A stretch of DNA of 64,000 nucleotides. Origin: Phoronis australis (taxonomy: Eukaryota > Animalia > Phoronida). Where the stretch lies: NCBI GenBank assembly GCA_002633005.1, contig NMRA01000582.1:38610-102609 (forward strand), given 5' to 3'. Both the position numbers and the translations under genes were made by a program. Shown here in pieces: positions 59,701 to 64,000 of this stretch. The first letter of the stretch is position 1, and every line of letters begins with the position of its first letter. The notes below the pieces were generated by a model, which ran no database searches, was not told where the DNA came from, and saw only the letters and a list, made by a program, of their open reading frames with translations.

Positions 59701-62700
59701 CGAAGAGATGGCGAACTGTGTATTTATTAAAATTAAAAAGCAGTTTCATGCAAAAAAATCGCTGTTATTTTCATATCAGCCTAGACTATGATGTTCCGTT
59801 TACACGCCACCCCCCCTCCTCTCTAAATGAAACACCTGAACGTTTTCACTTTCTGAACACACACCCATGGGCTTATCTACGGTAAATCTCAGTAATACCT
59901 TCACAAGGGATAATGCACTCTTACTGAAAGGTTTCCATGTCCCAACATAACACTGTTCAATGGTGAGCAGTTAAACTATGATTAGACAAACTTTACCTGT
60001 AAAAAGTGGAGATCCTCTTCAACTGATGTCGTCTCCTCCTCGTCATTACGGTGCGCCTCCACTGTAAACACAGAAAATGTAGCATGCACCATTAACGCTA
60101 TAGACAGGGAGACACCTTACACTACATAAGGACTAAGCACTTGGACAAACAAGGTAGCTGCCACAACATGAGAGAAATAGAATTGAAAAGGGTGAAATGT
60201 AAAAATTCTTCAGTTATAGACGAAAAGAATCATCACTATCTAGAATTGTCATTTTCACTAACAAATGCAGTACATTACTGCAAATCTTTCACTATTACCA
60301 AACGTTGTTTGAAAATAGACGTTAAGAAGCAGAATAATTTGGGAGACCTTGCAAATAAAAGTGATGTAAAGCACAACAGTGTTTTCTGCTAAACAGTCTT
60401 TGAAAATTACTACAAATTTCTCAGCTTTAAGAACAAACCTTTCACCCACTTTGCAGCCACATCAAGCCCTAAATCATGGAATCCGTAATCGGATCAATTT
60501 AAATATGAGAAATTTTCTGATTTCAGTTCAAGAGATGATTAATTTAAAACAACAATTAACAAACCATCCCTATAAAACCTTTTGCCAATGTCTTCACCAT
60601 ACATAAAACTAAGTGTACCCAGGTAATACAGGAATTATGCATGAGGTACTGTTAGACAAGCTGACAGATGAGCGACACAGGCATGTAGTTATCATGTCAA
60701 TCAAATTTGTTGATCAAAACAATATGCTACTTTTAGTTAAATATTTCGATTGACAATACAAGAACAATGCAAATGTTGAAATGAGCCCACAACTACACTG
60801 CAAACAGTATGCTTCCCTGTGTGTTCATTTGTATAATAAAAATGGCCACCAGATGGCGCAGAATACCCCGAACCTGCCTGAAAAAGGGATGGCATCATCA
60901 TCTCCATAATAGGAAACTATTTTCCAAATATCATAAAAATCCATGAGGGAATTCCAAAGACATAGAAGTAAACGTTAAAATTAAAATGGCCACTAGCAGG
61001 CACACTGGTAGTCCAAACCATCCATAAGATGTCATCGGCTCTCAAGTTCACTGGAATACACTTGCCAAATTTACAAATATCTTACGAGGGGTTTAGAAAA
61101 TAGTCGCAGGCGCAAAAATGCCACAAGGGAGCGCCACACTTATCAGACTTGTCTGAAAATCAGTGTCAGTCAAGCTCTTGTCAATAGGATCACACCTTCC
61201 AATTTTCATAATGATCCTCTGAGAGGTTTTCCGGATAAAGTTGACACAGAATATGTCGAATCCATCCGAAATTTGAAAGCCAGTGTTGTATTCATAATAG
61301 AAACTTATTCGCCTCATTTCCCAAAAAATATGAAGGATTCAGAGCCAAGTGTTAACATTTGAAATTTTCACAAGCAAACACAGCGGCAGTCAGAACTGTC
61401 CAAAAGTCATGCTCATCCGGTGCTCCATCCATAGGATAACACACAAATTTCACAAAGGTCTTGCAAAGAGCTAAGGTTATACAGTCACAAATGCAAAAGA
61501 AAATTGCCACTCAGGGTGCCGCAGTATTCAGACCATCTGAAAATTAATGGAATAATGGTCCTCTACCTTTCGTGAAAATTCGTCAAGGAACTCCAAAGCG
61601 GCAAACTTAAACAACTAAAATAGCCACTAGGGGGCGCAGTGGTCTCTGGATCAGTCTGAAACTTATCATCATCCGTCATCCACTTCATGGAAACACACCT
61701 GCCAAATCTCATTGAGATCATGCAAGGGTTTAGCAGTAGACACCCAGAATGTCCTCGGAATTAGCATATCAATGAAAATTATTTATGTTATAGTCTTCAA
61801 AACCCCTTCTTCTAGACTGTGCTAATGGCTCACAAAACGCTCATATATAATGGCCAAGCGCTTCTTATCACCAACCATTGGGCATCTTGAAGCTAATTTC
61901 ATCAGATGACGACGATAGATTGCGCTTCCTTTTTCCCGTCAGACCAGGTGTGCCGCCCTGAAGCAAACTTTGAGAGACATTCCCATCGTCACTATCTTCC
62001 TCACTTTCTGTACTCTGAGAATCAAACGTCACTTCCTGCTCAGCTGCTTGCCTCCTTCTTCTTCTTCTGGCTACAATTGATGACAGAAGAGTTAACTTAG
62101 GCATTACAAGAGAGAGTGAAACACAGCACTCTCAACAGGTGTCGCTGTGCTAATGTCAACATTAACAGGAGGCAATGAAATACCCATGGCAAAAAACATC
62201 ATGCAACTGCGGTGATGCATGACTTCCGGGTATGACGTACAGTCGCATAATGCCTCTTTTAAGTCATTTGCCTCTTGGCTGAACAGTTTGGACGCAAGGC
62301 TGTCATGAACTGCAGTCCTGGCTCCTGGCAAATTTTCTGCACAACTGCTAGAAAGTACACTAGTTGAAAATTTAAGACCAGTACAGTATCTGACAAAGTC
62401 AACTTCAAGGCTTGTTCATTCTCGTGGCATAAGTGTTTTGTAGCATGAATGTTTTGTTTTTACAATTAAAAAATAAACCGCTTTGAGTTGTGAACTATTT
62501 TAAGTTATTTCTTCAAGCAATGATGTCCTCTAAAGGCAAATCCAAACATTATTTCCATGGCAACAATTCATGGTCAACGATGATTGGTTTATTATTTCAA
62601 GGACACCGTGTTTAACAGTGATCGATTTGACGACCTGCAGGTCGCCAATGTGACCTCAGATTGTGCTTCGCAACATGGGATAAATCCCAAGTCGCCATGA

Positions 62701-63935
62701 AGTCAGCTCTGCGAATATCAAAATCAGACAAAAATTCCCCCGCAATTTATTTCAAAGTTTGTGTTGACTTCCAAACATAGAATTACTAAACAGTTTTCCT
62801 AGATTCAATACCTTTGGTTCACAATTGTTCTGCATATTTCAAGAACAGACAGCACACATCAAACACAATAGGAGATAAACAGACAAAGTCTAATTGTTTG
62901 GCAAAAATTGTGCAAGATCGGTGAAACACGAGCCTCCAGTGTATATGATCACCTGCATTCTATCTTCGTTGGCAGGAGAAACTGAGTTTGAACGGTTCAC
63001 ATTTCTTACGAGGAGAAATTGAAGAGGTATATAGGTGTTTTTGAACGGTGTGCGGCATGAGCTCTGGACGATTTTGGCGTCAGTTTTGGCAACCTCAGAT
63101 TTCATTTGGCAACCTCAGATTTTCGCCAAGACACCAGATGCGACATGGCATAAAGCTAGGTGTCTGTTTAAGTTCTAAACTTTACTCCAAACAGGCCTTA
63201 ATCAACAAAAGATAGTTGTGTCCCAACTTACACAACTGAGGTGGATAAATGACTGGTAGAACATAATCATTTACAGCACTGACTATGTGAGTAGGGGGAT
63301 CATAGAAGACTAATATATTTTACACAACTGAGGAGGGAAAAATTGAACACTACCACTTATACAGTACATTATTATTTACACGACTAAAGTGGGCAGAGGA
63401 TATGATAGAACATTACCAATCATTGTCTGCTCTCTATTGCTTTCTTCACAGCCTCGTGATGAACTTTTTGGGCTCACAGATGGCGCTGCACATGACCTCA
63501 ATCGGTGTTGAGACATAGAAGTCTGCGAGTTCTCACTAGGAAGTGCTTCATTATTTTTCAAACACTTCAACAGTAATCCAGGTTTTGAGCTACTGGTAAT
63601 AGTCTTCAGTCCAGCTGAATAGGCACATTTTTCTCCCTCCAAATCTGTCGACTTTTGCTTTATAGCCTTAAATGGGCTTCTAGCGGCAGTTTTAGATCTC
63701 ACATTCCTAGATGGCGAATTGTCAGAGTCACTGGCGAACCTGCCGTTACTGGTTCGCGCTTTCCGAGCCGATTTGTTTCGAGAGTCGTTGGGTTCTTGCA
63801 GAATCTCAATTTTATTACCTGCTTGAGTGTATAAATTTCGTTTCCTAGGAGACCCATTTCCCGTGGAAGATGAGCGACAAGTTTCATTCTCAGCGCTCAA
63901 TGTTTTCTGTAACTCAATGTCTTCAGGTTCAGCAT
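56655..63935 (-). CDS. TERF2IP: Probable telomeric RAP1 (TRF2-interacting protein), 3' part, multi-exon, 5' end outside the window
   Basis: Spliced C-terminus EEDLHFLQKCSKKVGLRPRAFFACLMMHSGSVKDAIQWIKYGKNCQGENGWMPEDDDLLLNDEDSYDFLVEKYGEDSVQKRALFL fits the Rap1 RCT pattern (xSG, WxxxDDxxL, LVxKxGxxxVxxRxxF); BRCT and Myb domains are not in the window. Confidence 0.8.
57935..58049 (-). CDS. TERF2IP: RAP1-like exon (KCSKKVGLRPRAFFACLMMHSGSVKDAIQWIKYGKNCQ)
   Basis: cattttcag acceptor, gtatag donor, 115 nt, phase 0-1. Confidence 0.86.
58963..59192. repeat. Compound minisatellite gtgacttggggtctaagtgtggta(tg)n, about 6-7 copies, with an internal n
   Basis: Read directly. Confidence 0.9.
59509..59894. 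mobile_element. TA-flanked MITE (Tc1/mariner-like)
   Basis: Imperfect TIRs taccgggatttttcacagataagccc / gggcttatctacggtaaatctcagta. Confidence 0.6.
59997..60061 (-). CDS. TERF2IP: RAP1-like exon (EAHRNDEEETTSVEEDLHFLQ)
   Basis: tgtttacag acceptor, cag|gtaaag donor, 65 nt, phase 1-0. Confidence 0.82.
60840..61720 (+). repeat. Dispersed repeat with subrepeats and CTCF-like motifs
   Basis: gccacYagRKggcgc-like motifs at 60843, 60987, 61119, 61505 and 61621; related to 31760-32300. Confidence 0.7.
61876..62070 (-). CDS. TERF2IP: RAP1-like exon, charged linker with NLS-like runs (ARRRRRRQAAEQ...GKRKRNLSSSSDEISFKMPN)
   Basis: aattgtag acceptor, weaker gttggt donor, 195 nt, phase 1-1; acidic and basic low-complexity coding sequence. 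Confidence 0.68.
63417..63935 (-). CDS. TERF2IP: RAP1-like large Ser/Lys/Arg-rich exon (DAEPEDIELQKTL...SNREQTMI)
   Basis: ctcacag acceptor, gtaatg donor, 519 nt, phase 1-1, inside the 201-aa ORF; assigned to this gene by phase and adjacency. Confidence 0.72.
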
Positions 63936-64000
63936 CTGTGAGTGAGACATATTGCTTCACATGCAGCGACGTGAACAACACATGAATGTAACTATGACAA

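Noticed and set aside
62104-63105. Minus-strand ORFs 62104-62331 and 62890-63105 as RAP1 exons
   Set aside because: I found no splice-site pair with phases compatible with the flanking phase-1 exons; they cannot be fully excluded without transcripts

Overview
This is AT-rich eukaryotic (animal) genomic DNA with spliceosomal introns, not prokaryotic. It is probably from an invertebrate draft assembly; the taxon cannot be determined from the sequence. The + strand carries the 5'-truncated remainder of a GRAF-family RhoGAP gene (BAR-PH-RhoGAP-SH3; ARHGAP26/ARHGAP10/ARHGAP42/OPHN1 family, 2701-52731), rebuilt by hand from GT-AG exons with consistent phases. The - strand carries the 3' part of a convergent gene ending in a Rap1 C-terminal (RCT) domain, probably RAP1/TERF2IP (56655 to >63935). 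The most interesting signal is an isoform system inside the GRAF gene that the ORF track mostly misses: (i) two homologous 75-nt exons (24096-24170 and 28928-29002) that look mutually exclusive and encode the end of the BAR domain; (ii) a candidate internal first exon (20510-20558) giving a largely BAR-less protein; (iii) a 27-nt frame-preserving microexon (38487-38513); (iv) an alternative terminal exon (43647-43821) giving an SH3-less, oligophrenin-like protein. Introns hold a TTAA-flanked Kolobok-like element with a frameshifted THAP domain, several MITE families, a repeat family with CTCF-like motifs and hairpin-containing minisatellites. Two near-identical duplications sit at N junctions and are probably haplotype artefacts. 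All isoform calls are predictions from sequence only.
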